Counted from the first letter of the stretch, positions 9,718 through 17,101 are shown. The stretch: DNA of 17,102 nucleotides from a bacterium (GCA_041497675.1 JBGQGY010000084.1:1-17102); one strand, 5' to 3'. Numbers and translations: made by a program. The notes: generated from the sequence alone by a model not told the origin.

Positions 9718-10082
9718 CGGGTTTGGACCACCGCAGCGATGACCATCGCGACGACGACGCCGGCCGCGTTGGCGATGAGATCACGCACCTCGGCTGCGCG
9801 ATACGGAACGAGGGCCTGCGCCCCTTCCATCAACGCTCCGTAGCCCCACGCGATGGCGCCCGCCGTCACCGGGTTCCGCGAGGAGCCACGCTGTCGAAAC
9901 GCCCAGTGCAGCAGAAGGGTCAACGCGCCATAGGCCGACGCGTGGATCCACACGTCGGTCCCCGGGGGGGACGAGACGCCCCGCGACAGCGAGGCCCAGG
10001 CGGTGCCCGCCATCCAGAATGCCACTAGGATCCACACCGCCCGGCGTCCGCCGCTCAACACGGGGGGAGGGGTTCGCCGCAT
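9714..10082 (-). CDS. VanZ-like family membrane protein
   Basis: Four hydrophobic segments with HASAYGAL, E..Q..VP.R and D..AN..G motifs characteristic of VanZ-like proteins. Start moved to ATG 10082, preceded by a GGAGG SD. ATGA overlap with the next gene. Confidence 0.85.
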   Translation of the reverse strand: MRRTPPPVLSGGRRAVWILVAFWMAGTAWASLSRGVSSPPGTDVWIHASAYGALTLLLHWAFRQRGSSRNPVTAGAIAWGYGALMEGAQALVPYRAAEVRDLIANAAGVVVAMVIAAVVQTR

Positions 10083-10145
10083 GTGATGATCCTCCCCCCC
10101 TCGATGGGAAGGAAGACGCACCGCAGAGCGGAAACATAGCGCCCT

Positions 10146-10607
10146 ATGTGGAGCGTGCCGAAAGCCGTGTCGGTTGTGGCGGGCGCCGGTGAGGGCCCGA
10201 CGGATCTGAATGCCTTCGACAAAGCCTTGATGGACGCTGGGATCGCCAATTTGAACTTCCTCCGTGTCACCAGCATCTTCCCCCTCGGTGCCAAAGTCGT
10301 CCCCGTGCGCTCATGTACGCCGGGAATGCTCATGCCCGCCGTCTACGCCCGGATCAGCCGGCACACACCCGGCGAGCGCATCGCCGCCGCCGTCGGGGTG
10401 GGCATCGCCGAGGAAGGCTACGGTGTCATCATGGAGTATTCCCATAGTGGCAGCGCTGAGAACGCCGATCAGATCGTCCGCGGCATGATCGACGAGGCCT
10501 TGAGAATGCGCGGTCTGCGGCTCAAAGAAACCATCGTCGGGGCCAAGGACCACGTGGTGCAGCGGACGGGCTGCGTGGTCGCCGCCGTGCTGTTTTGGCC
10601 CGACTAG
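10146..10607 (+). CDS. pdaD: Pyruvoyl-dependent arginine decarboxylase proenzyme
   Basis: AGEG...LNAFDKALMDAGIANLNFLRV-T/S-IFP (self-cleavage site giving the pyruvoyl Ser), GERIAAAVG and GVIME. First gene of a cluster with speE and speB. Confidence 0.92.
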   Translation: MWSVPKAVSVVAGAGEGPTDLNAFDKALMDAGIANLNFLRVTSIFPLGAKVVPVRSCTPGMLMPAVYARISRHTPGERIAAAVGVGIAEEGYGVIMEYSHSGSAENADQIVRGMIDEALRMRGLRLKETIVGAKDHVVQRTGCVVAAVLFWPD

Positions 10608-10623
10608 CGGTCCGCCTCATCCG

Positions 10624-11475
10624 ATGACCTCGCGCGATTCTCAGGAGCAGTGGATCACCGACCCGGGCGGAGCGGGTTTTGCCCACACGTATCTGGTCGA
10701 CGAGCTCTTGTACGACGGCCGGTCGCCGTTCCAGCGCATCCGCGTGATCCGCAACCGCGACTTTGGCCGAATGCTCATCCTCGACGAGGCGGTGCAGACG
10801 ACCGAGCGCGACGATTTCATCTATCATGAACTGCTCTGTCACGTCCCGCTGTGCACCCATCTCGCGCCGGCCCGCGTCCTGATCATCGGCGGGGGCGATG
10901 GGGGTCTGCTGCGTGAGGCCCTCCGCCACCCCGTCGCACACGCCACGATGGTCGAAATCGACCGCGACGTCGTCGACGTCACGAAGCGCCTCATCCCCTC
11001 GATCCCGGGCGCGGCGTTCGAGGACCCGCGCGCCCGCTTGCTCATTGACGACGGCATCAAGTTCGTCCACGAAACGAAGGACCGCTTCGACGTCGCACTG
11101 GTGGACTCGACCGACCCCGTGGGCCCGGCCATCGGGCTGTTCTCCTCAGAATTCTACGGACAGATGGCCCGCGTGCTCGGCTCAGGCGGTGTCCTGGCGG
11201 TGCAAAGCGGATCGCCGATTTACCAGCAAGACTTGCTGGCGATGGTGACGCGCAACATGACGCCGCACTTCCGCTGGGTACGCCGGTACGTCGGTACCGT
11301 GCCCACCTATCCGGGCGTGCTCTGGTCGTTCACGATCGGCTCGCAGGCGCGCGACCCGGCGGCGATCGACGAGGCCGACCTGACCCGCCGGCTCGCCTCG
11401 ATCCCGACGAAATACTACAGTCCGGCATCGCACCGGTTCTTGTTTACGTTCCCGCCGTTCCCGGCGGCGCCTTAG
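10624..11475 (+). CDS. speE: Polyamine aminopropyltransferase (spermidine synthase family)
   Basis: SPFQRI, FGRMLILD, YHE, VLIIGGGDGG, VEID, DSTDPVGPA..LF...FY and VPTYP. Confidence 0.95.
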   Translation: MTSRDSQEQWITDPGGAGFAHTYLVDELLYDGRSPFQRIRVIRNRDFGRMLILDEAVQTTERDDFIYHELLCHVPLCTHLAPARVLIIGGGDGGLLREALRHPVAHATMVEIDRDVVDVTKRLIPSIPGAAFEDPRARLLIDDGIKFVHETKDRFDVALVDSTDPVGPAIGLFSSEFYGQMARVLGSGGVLAVQSGSPIYQQDLLAMVTRNMTPHFRWVRRYVGTVPTYPGVLWSFTIGSQARDPAAIDEADLTRRLASIPTKYYSPASHRFLFTFPPFPAAP

Positions 11476-11479
11476 GCGA

Positions 11480-12298
11480 GTGCCGTTCCTGGGCTCGCGA
11501 CCGCACGCTCGGCCACGGGCGGTGGTCACCGGCGCGCCGTATGACGGCACGTCCACGTTTCGCAAGGGGTCGCGGGAGGCACCGGCGGCGATCCGCTGGG
11601 CGTCGGAGAGCATCGAAACCTATAGCCCGACCCAACATCGCGACCTGGACGACCTGGCGTTCACCGACGCGGGTGATCTCGATCTAGATGGCTGTCCGTG
11701 CGACGAAGCGGTTGCGCGGGTACGGCAGGCGCTCGCACACGTGTCGGGTGTCCCGCTCATGCTCGGCGGCGAGCACACGATGACCGTCGGCGCGGTTGAA
11801 GCCGCGCTCGAGCGCCACCCCGATCTTGCGGTGATCGTGCTCGACGCCCATCTCGACCTGCGCGACCAATACGAGGGCAGCGCGTGGTCGCACGCCACGA
11901 CACTGTCACGGATTCTCGACCGCATCCCACCCGATCGGATCACCGTACTGGGGGTGCGCTCCGGCACACGGGAGGAATGGACGAAAGCCGAGTCGCTGCT
12001 CGCCGTGTCGCAGGGTGGGTCGCTCGATATGCAAGCGTGGTCAGCGCTGTCGGGACGGCCCCTCTACCTTTCAGTGGATATCGACGCCTTCGATCCGTCG
12101 ATCGCGCCAGGCACCGGGAACCCCGAACCGTTGGGACTAACCGTTGATGACTTTGTCACGCTGCTGTCTCTTCTGCGGGAGCGGACGGTTGTCGGCGCCG
12201 ACGTGGTCGAAGTGAGCCCGGTCTACGATCCGTCAGGACAGACGGCGATCCTGGCGGCCTGGCTGGTGCGGGAGATGTTGCTGGCGTTTACGCGCTAG
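11480..12298 (+). CDS. speB: Agmatinase / ureohydrolase (arginase family)
   Basis: Mn-binding motifs GGEHT, DAHLD, SHAT and SVDIDAFDP...PGTGNPEP, plus DVVEVSP. Directly downstream of speE. Confidence 0.93.
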   Translation: MPFLGSRPHARPRAVVTGAPYDGTSTFRKGSREAPAAIRWASESIETYSPTQHRDLDDLAFTDAGDLDLDGCPCDEAVARVRQALAHVSGVPLMLGGEHTMTVGAVEAALERHPDLAVIVLDAHLDLRDQYEGSAWSHATTLSRILDRIPPDRITVLGVRSGTREEWTKAESLLAVSQGGSLDMQAWSALSGRPLYLSVDIDAFDPSIAPGTGNPEPLGLTVDDFVTLLSLLRERTVVGADVVEVSPVYDPSGQTAILAAWLVREMLLAFTR

Positions 12299-12584
12299 AC
12301 GGCGTCCGGCAGGCGCAGGGAACCGACTTGCACTTGGGACACCCGCCCGCGTAACGAGTGATCGCCCGGCCGGCGTCGACGCCGCACAGAGACGCCAGGC
12401 TCACGGTCCAGGCGATGACGTCGCTGAACTCTTCTTCCAGACCCGCGCGCTCGCCGTTTCTGACCGCGCGCGCCAACTCACCGACTTCTTCCACCAGCCA
12501 TCGGAACGTCCCGTCGACGCCGCGCCTGCGGTCGCGGGCTCCGTAGATCGCGTCGATCTGGCGCTGAAATTCCTGAAGGGTCAT
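12288..12584 (-). CDS. Small single-domain MazG-like nucleotide pyrophosphohydrolase with C-terminal Cys cluster
   Basis: MTLQEFQRQI..., WLVEEVGELARA and EEEFSDV (MazG EExxE/ExxD metal motif), with a tail CPKCKSVPCAC. Start moved to ATG 12584, giving an ATGA overlap with the upstream gene. Confidence 0.88.
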   Translation of the reverse strand: MTLQEFQRQIDAIYGARDRRRGVDGTFRWLVEEVGELARAVRNGERAGLEEEFSDVIAWTVSLASLCGVDAGRAITRYAGGCPKCKSVPCACRTPSSA

Positions 12585-13636
12585 GGGCGAATCGCCGTGG
12601 CGATCTGGATGAGATCCTTGAGCGGGAGCGGTCCGACCAGCGTGAACCGCATGCCGCGGGAGTCCCACTGCAGCAGCCGCGTCGCGCCCCACCCGATCGT
12701 ACGGGCCTGTGGTCCAAGCGTCGCAACCGGCTCGCCGCGGCCCGGAGGACCCAAGCGCGCCGCCGGCGCCAGAAACAGCGAGAGGGGTCGCGCGCCGTCG
12801 GTGTAGCGCAGGTGCGCCGCCGCCACCGGGCCGCCGTGGACAGGCTCACCACCGGCGAGCACAAACCCTCCGGCCAGCGTCTGCGGCGCCTCGACTTTGA
12901 AGCCCACCACGCGTTCCAGTGCCGGCAGCGCCACGAGCGGGCCCGCGGTCTCGGTTGGCGTCAACACTCGCGCGCCGGCTGGGATGCGGGGCCGGAACAT
13001 GGCGTCGGGGAAGTTCAACCCGTAACTGATGCGCGTAAAGGCCGACCGCGCCACGACACCGTCGTCGGGATCGATCTCCTCGGTGCGCAGGGCGACCCCG
13101 GTCAGACGGTCGATCCACAGCCGGCGCTCCCCTCGTCCCGCGCGGGGCGTGAGGCTGAGCACGGCCGCCTGCCGTCCGATGACTTCTTCGACGCCCAACA
13201 GGCTAATCTGGTAGCGCTCGAGCAGCCGCTCCGACGTACCAAGCGGGGGCGCCAGCGAGGCCCCCTGGATCACGATGTTCAGCCGCGGCTCGTACTGCCA
13301 CGTCTGGTTTCCATCATCGATGACGAGCCGCCCGGCGAGCCCCTCGGGCGACAGGAACTCCAAACGGGTGCGGTTCGGCCGTTTGTGTGCCTCGCTGACA
13401 GTGACGGTTTCCATCAGCTGCCCGCGCAGCATGTGCAAGACTTTGGTGCCCTCGTAGTCGACGATCTGGGGCGCCAGGATGGCGTGGCGCGCGACTTGTT
13501 CGACGGTGGCACCGCCGAGCAGGGAGTCGGGCGAACGTTGAGACGCCGCACTCTGCGCGGCCAGCACGGCCAACACGGCGACCAGGCCCACCACGCCCGC
13601 GACTCGAGCTCCGCAAACGCCGCGGACGCGCGTCAC
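12581..13636 (-). CDS. Sigma-E regulatory protein, MucB/RseB family (LolA-like N-terminal fold)
   Basis: N-terminal signal or anchor, DYEG, RLEFLSP, TWQYEP, EEVIGR..., RRLWID..TG..LR, F..I.Y and C-terminal HLRYTDG...LSLF typical of RseB/MucB. It follows an ECF sigma/anti-sigma pair with a GTGA overlap. Confidence 0.82.
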   Translation of the reverse strand: MTRVRGVCGARVAGVVGLVAVLAVLAAQSAASQRSPDSLLGGATVEQVARHAILAPQIVDYEGTKVLHMLRGQLMETVTVSEAHKRPNRTRLEFLSPEGLAGRLVIDDGNQTWQYEPRLNIVIQGASLAPPLGTSERLLERYQISLLGVEEVIGRQAAVLSLTPRAGRGERRLWIDRLTGVALRTEEIDPDDGVVARSAFTRISYGLNFPDAMFRPRIPAGARVLTPTETAGPLVALPALERVVGFKVEAPQTLAGGFVLAGGEPVHGGPVAAAHLRYTDGARPLSLFLAPAARLGPPGRGEPVATLGPQARTIGWGATRLLQWDSRGMRFTLVGPLPLKDLIQIATAIRP

Positions 13637-14142
13637 GGAACGTCACCCCTCGCGCTGGTGGGGCCTCGGGGATCCTCCCCCACGAGTTTCAAACCCGCGT
13701 CGGAGTGGATCAACCCGAGCATCGCGCGGTCGGCGAAGGGATCTTCGGCCGCCGCGGGGGCATAAGACCGCACGAAGACCTCGGGACCGACTTCGGCCGC
13801 CCGCAGCCGGTCCAGCCGGCCCTTCATCATAGGGACGCCGACGAGGATGATGGCCAGCAGCAGCACCGCCAGCGCCAAGGCCGGTCTTGGCGCCCAGGGA
13901 AACGCCAAGAAGCGCCGGCGCGGCTTATCACGCTCGATGCGTTTCCAGAGGGACGCCGAAAAATCGGCCGGCAGTGGAGGCGCCTGCAGACGGCGCACCA
14001 GATCCCGCGTCGCCCGCAGATCCTCGAGCTCTTGCCGGCATTCGTCACAGTCGGTCAGGTGACGGCGCACGTCAGCCATCTCGTTCGGTGGCAACTCGCC
14101 GTCCAGATATGCGCTGAGTTGGTGCTGGAGACGGTGGCTCAT
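13633..14142 (-). CDS. Zinc-binding anti-sigma factor (ZAS, zf-HC2), single transmembrane helix
   Basis: LSAYLDGEL followed by HLTDCDEC (HxxxCxxC), then the TM segment ALALAVLLLAIILVGV. ATGA overlap with the sigma gene. Confidence 0.92.
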   Translation of the reverse strand: MSHRLQHQLSAYLDGELPPNEMADVRRHLTDCDECRQELEDLRATRDLVRRLQAPPLPADFSASLWKRIERDKPRRRFLAFPWAPRPALALAVLLLAIILVGVPMMKGRLDRLRAAEVGPEVFVRSYAPAAAEDPFADRAMLGLIHSDAGLKLVGEDPRGPTSARGDVP

Positions 14143-14729
14143 GATGTCCGGCTCATCTCCGCCCGCATGGGCGCCAGCCGGTCGCGCAACGCCCGGCGCG
14201 CCCGGTGCAGACGCGATTTGATGGTGCCGATCGGCACGCCCATCATCTCGGCAATCTCCTCATAGGGATACCCTTCCACGTCGGCCAGCACGACGACCAT
14301 CCGCAGATCCTCGCGCAGGCCAAGCAGTGCGTCCTGCAGCCGGCGGTCGACCATCTTGTCGAGCGCCGCCCGCTCGACGTCGGCTGCCGGGTCGGGCTGC
14401 TCGCGCGCCATCTGGCCCTCGCTCGTCGCGATGGGCTCGTCGAGAGACTGCACCCGTGTCTTGGGTCTGCGTCGCAGCAGATCGATGTAGAGATTGGTGA
14501 CGATCCGATACAGCCATCCCTCCAGGGCCGCGTCGGGTTCGATGCGCCGGAGCGCCTTCCAGACGCGCACAAACGCTTCTTGCGCCAGGTCCTTGGCGTC
14601 CGCCTCATTTCCGGCCATGCGGTACGCTACCGCATAGACGTGTTTCGAATAGCGGGCCACGAGCGCCTCGAAGCGTGCCACGTCATCGGGGGAATATGGC
14701 GATCGAGCGTTGTCGGTCGCCTTTGCCAC
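14139..14729 (-). CDS. ECF (sigma-70 group 4) RNA polymerase sigma factor, SigE/SigW-like
   Basis: Region 2 DAKDLAQEAFVRVW...WLYRIVTNLYIDLLRR and region 4 EGYPYEEIAEMMGVPIGTIKSRLHRAR. AGGAG SD before the GTG start. Confidence 0.95.
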   Translation of the reverse strand: MAKATDNARSPYSPDDVARFEALVARYSKHVYAVAYRMAGNEADAKDLAQEAFVRVWKALRRIEPDAALEGWLYRIVTNLYIDLLRRRPKTRVQSLDEPIATSEGQMAREQPDPAADVERAALDKMVDRRLQDALLGLREDLRMVVVLADVEGYPYEEIAEMMGVPIGTIKSRLHRARRALRDRLAPMRAEMSRTS

Positions 14730-14762
14730 ACCACTCCTGCGCCCGCGACCCCCGATCTGTAC

Positions 14763-14788
14763 TACGGGGACGGGGCGACTTGGGTTCC
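14763..14788 (-). promoter_or_regulatory. Putative ECF sigma-dependent (autoregulatory) promoter: -35 GGAACC, 16-nt spacer, -10 CGTA
   Basis: The minus strand reads GGAACC-caagtcgccccgtccc-CGTA in the 60-nt gap directly upstream of the ECF sigma gene. This matches the general ECF consensus of AAC at -35 and CGT at -10. Confidence 0.7.
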
Positions 14789-14789
14789 G

Positions 14790-15431
14790 CTAGTCGAGCC
14801 GGAGCACGGGCTCCAGCCGCCGCAGGAGCTTTCTCCCGAACCCCTGGACCTGGGCCAGATCGTCCAGCCGCCGGAACAGACCCTGCTGTTCCCGGTGCGC
14901 GATGATGCGGCGCGCCAGTACTGGTCCGATCCCGGGGAGTCGCTCGAGATCCTCTGCGGTCGCCGTGTTCACGTTCACCGTCCGGGCGTGCTCCCCTCCC
15001 TCTGTCTTTGACGGTGATTTGGCCGTCCGGGGATGGGTGCGTTCAGCGGTCCCACCGGGTGCGGGTCTGTTGACCGTGGGAAACGGGTAGGGGGCCTGAA
15101 CAATTCTGGGGACAATGACACGGTCGCCGTCCCGCAGGACGGCCGCGAGGTTGATGCGGTTGAGGTCGGCGATCAGTGTGGGTCCGTGCGCGGCGACGAT
15201 CGCGTCCTGCACGTGCGCCCCGGCCCGCAGCAGGTACTGGCCGGGCCACACGACTTCCCCGACGACGTGGACCTTGATGGTCGCGGGGGCGGCCGGCGTC
15301 GCCACGACGACCGGCTCGGGCGCGCGCTGATAGACGACGATCGCGAAGATGGCCGCGAGCAGCGCCGCCCCGAAAGCGGCCAGCGCAACCTGTTCAACCC
15401 TCGAGATAGCAACCACCCCCGTCCCTGTCAT
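14790..15431 (-). CDS. comEA: Competence protein ComEA-like DNA receptor (TM anchor, SLBB domain, helix-hairpin-helix)
   Basis: N-terminal TM, SLBB segment VHVVGEVVWPGQY...INLAAVLRDGDRVIVP, and HhH VNVNTATAEDLERLPGIGPVLARRIIAHR...F..LDDL..V.GFG. GTG at 15416 is a plausible alternative start. Confidence 0.93.
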   Translation of the reverse strand: MTGTGVVAISRVEQVALAAFGAALLAAIFAIVVYQRAPEPVVVATPAAPATIKVHVVGEVVWPGQYLLRAGAHVQDAIVAAHGPTLIADLNRINLAAVLRDGDRVIVPRIVQAPYPFPTVNRPAPGGTAERTHPRTAKSPSKTEGGEHARTVNVNTATAEDLERLPGIGPVLARRIIAHREQQGLFRRLDDLAQVQGFGRKLLRRLEPVLRLD

Positions 15432-15466
15432 CGGACAGGGCGTGGGCGTTGTTCAGGGCGACCGGC

Positions 15467-17101
15467 TCAGTGCACGACCACGTTGACCAGCTTGCCCGGC
15501 ACCACAATGATGTTGGCGACGCGCTTTTCCTCAATGAACTGGCGTACCCGGGCGTTCTTGAGCGCCAGATCGCGCGCTTCTCCCTCGGTGATCCCCGCCG
15601 GCACCTCGACCCGATCCCGCACGCGCCCGTTCACCTGCAGCACGAGCGTGACCTGGGCCGCGGACGCCTTCGCCCGATCAAAGACCGGCCAGGCCTGCTG
15701 GTGCACACTGTAGGGTTGCTGGAGGTGCTCGACCCAGCTCTCTTCGGCGAAGTGCGGGCAGATCGGGGCCAGCAGCAGCACCAGCGTCCGGGTCGCCTCG
15801 CCCCAGAGCGGCGAGCCCGCAAGCGAGGTGCCCCTCACGCGCTGCAGGAAGTTGGTGAATTCCATCAGCGCCGCGATCGCGGTGTTGAACCGGAACCCTT
15901 CGAAGTCTTCGGTCACGCGCTGTGTGGTCCGATGGATCCAGTACTCTAAGTCGCGAGCCCGTATGAGCTCGCCACCGTCCTTCGTGGTTGCCGCGGCACC
16001 GCCCGCGGTCTCGGTCACCAGGCTCCACACCCGCCCCAGGAACCGGACAATGCCCTCGATCCCCTGCGGGTTCCATGGGCCGCCTTCGTCCCACGGTCCG
16101 ATGAACATCAGATAGGCGCGGATCACGTCGGCGCCGTACTGCTCAACGAGACCGTCCGGGTTGACGACGTTGCCGCGCGACTTGCTCATGCGAAATCCGT
16201 CCGGCCCGAGAATGATCCCCTGATTGAACAGCCGCTTCATCGGCTCGCCAAACTCGATCAGCCCGAGGTCACGCATGACCTTGGTCCAAAACCGCGTGTA
16301 CAGCAGGTGCATGACGGCATGCTCGATGCCGCCGGTGTACTGATCGACCGGCAGCCAGTAGGCCCCGGCCTTGGCATCGAAGGGCGCCTTGTCGTCGTCC
16401 GGGCTCAGGTAGCGGTATTGATACCACGATGAGTCGATGAACGTGTCCATCGTATCGGTCTCGCGTTCCGCCGGCCCACCGCACTTTGGGCAGACGACGT
16501 GGCGGAATCCCGCGTGATACTTCAGAGGCGACTCACCGGTCGGCTTGAAATCTGCGTCGTCGGGGAGTACGACCGGCAGGTCATCGTATGGAACCGGTAC
16601 CGTGCCGCAGTCCTTGCAGTAGATAACAGGTATTGGCGTGCCCCAGTACCGCTGCCGGCTGATCAGCCAGTCGTGCAGCCGGTAGTGCACCTTCCGCTCA
16701 CCGACGCCGCGCGTGACCATGTCGTCGGCGATGCGCTGCCAGCCCACGTCCGAAGGCAGACCGTCATACCGCCCGGAGTTCACCATCGTGCCCTCGTCCA
16801 GATACGCTTCGGTCAGCGGCTTGCCGTCCCAGCCGGGCGGCGCGATCACGACCGGAATAGGCAGGTTGTACTTCTTCGCAAAATCAAAGTCGCGCGTGTC
16901 GTGGGCCGGGACGCCCTGAATGGCCCCGGTGCCATACGTCAGCAACACATAGTCGGCGATGAAGATCGGCACGTTGGCGCCGTCCATCGGATTCAACGCA
17001 TAGGCGCCGATGAAGCAGCCGTCGCGATCCTTCTCGGTCGAGAGGCGCTCGATGTCCGATTCGCGCGCGGCCTTGAACTTGTAGGCTTCGACCTCGGCGC
17101 G
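15467..17101 (-). CDS. leuS: Leucyl-tRNA synthetase (5' part outside window)
   Basis: Frame is open to the window edge (RAEVEAYKFKAARESDIERL...). Editing-domain YGTGAIQGVPAHD.RD, DWLISRQRYWGTPIP, RETDTMDTF.DSSWY, QYTGGIEHAVMHLLY.RF, RMSKS and C-terminal QVNGRVR...VPGKLVNVV. Confidence 0.98.
   Translation of the reverse strand, partial: RAEVEAYKFKAARESDIERLSTEKDRDGCFIGAYALNPMDGANVPIFIADYVLLTYGTGAIQGVPAHDTRDFDFAKKYNLPIPVVIAPPGWDGKPLTEAYLDEGTMVNSGRYDGLPSDVGWQRIADDMVTRGVGERKVHYRLHDWLISRQRYWGTPIPVIYCKDCGTVPVPYDDLPVVLPDDADFKPTGESPLKYHAGFRHVVCPKCGGPAERETDTMDTFIDSSWYQYRYLSPDDDKAPFDAKAGAYWLPVDQYTGGIEHAVMHLLYTRFWTKVMRDLGLIEFGEPMKRLFNQGIILGPDGFRMSKSRGNVVNPDGLVEQYGADVIRAYLMFIGPWDEGGPWNPQGIEGIVRFLGRVWSLVTETAGGAAATTKDGGELIRARDLEYWIHRTTQRVTEDFEGFRFNTAIAALMEFTNFLQRVRGTSLAGSPLWGEATRTLVLLLAPICPHFAEESWVEHLQQPYSVHQQAWPVFDRAKASAAQVTLVLQVNGRVRDRVEVPAGITEGEARDLALKNARVRQFIEEKRVANIIVVPGKLVNVVVH

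Noticed and set aside
7909..9843. Long alternative ORFs (7909-8865 +, 8932-9843 +, 8906-9784 -) over the GH-like gene
   Set aside because: Low-complexity Arg/Gly/Pro/Ala translations typical of off-frame GC-rich DNA. The 8047-9717 frame has a signal peptide, family-like motifs and a coupled start.
9714..10082. vanZ as evidence of a glycopeptide resistance cluster
   Set aside because: VanZ-like proteins are widespread, and no vanH/A/X/Y/R/S genes are present.
12288..12584. MazG as part of a toxin-antitoxin or anti-phage defence system
   Set aside because: No mazEF or defence-type neighbours. The context is a core chromosomal region next to leuS.
12812..15011. Plus-strand ORFs 12812-13765, 13705-14265 and 14205-15011
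   Set aside because: Antisense shadows of the rseB-like, anti-sigma and sigma genes with no independent evidence.
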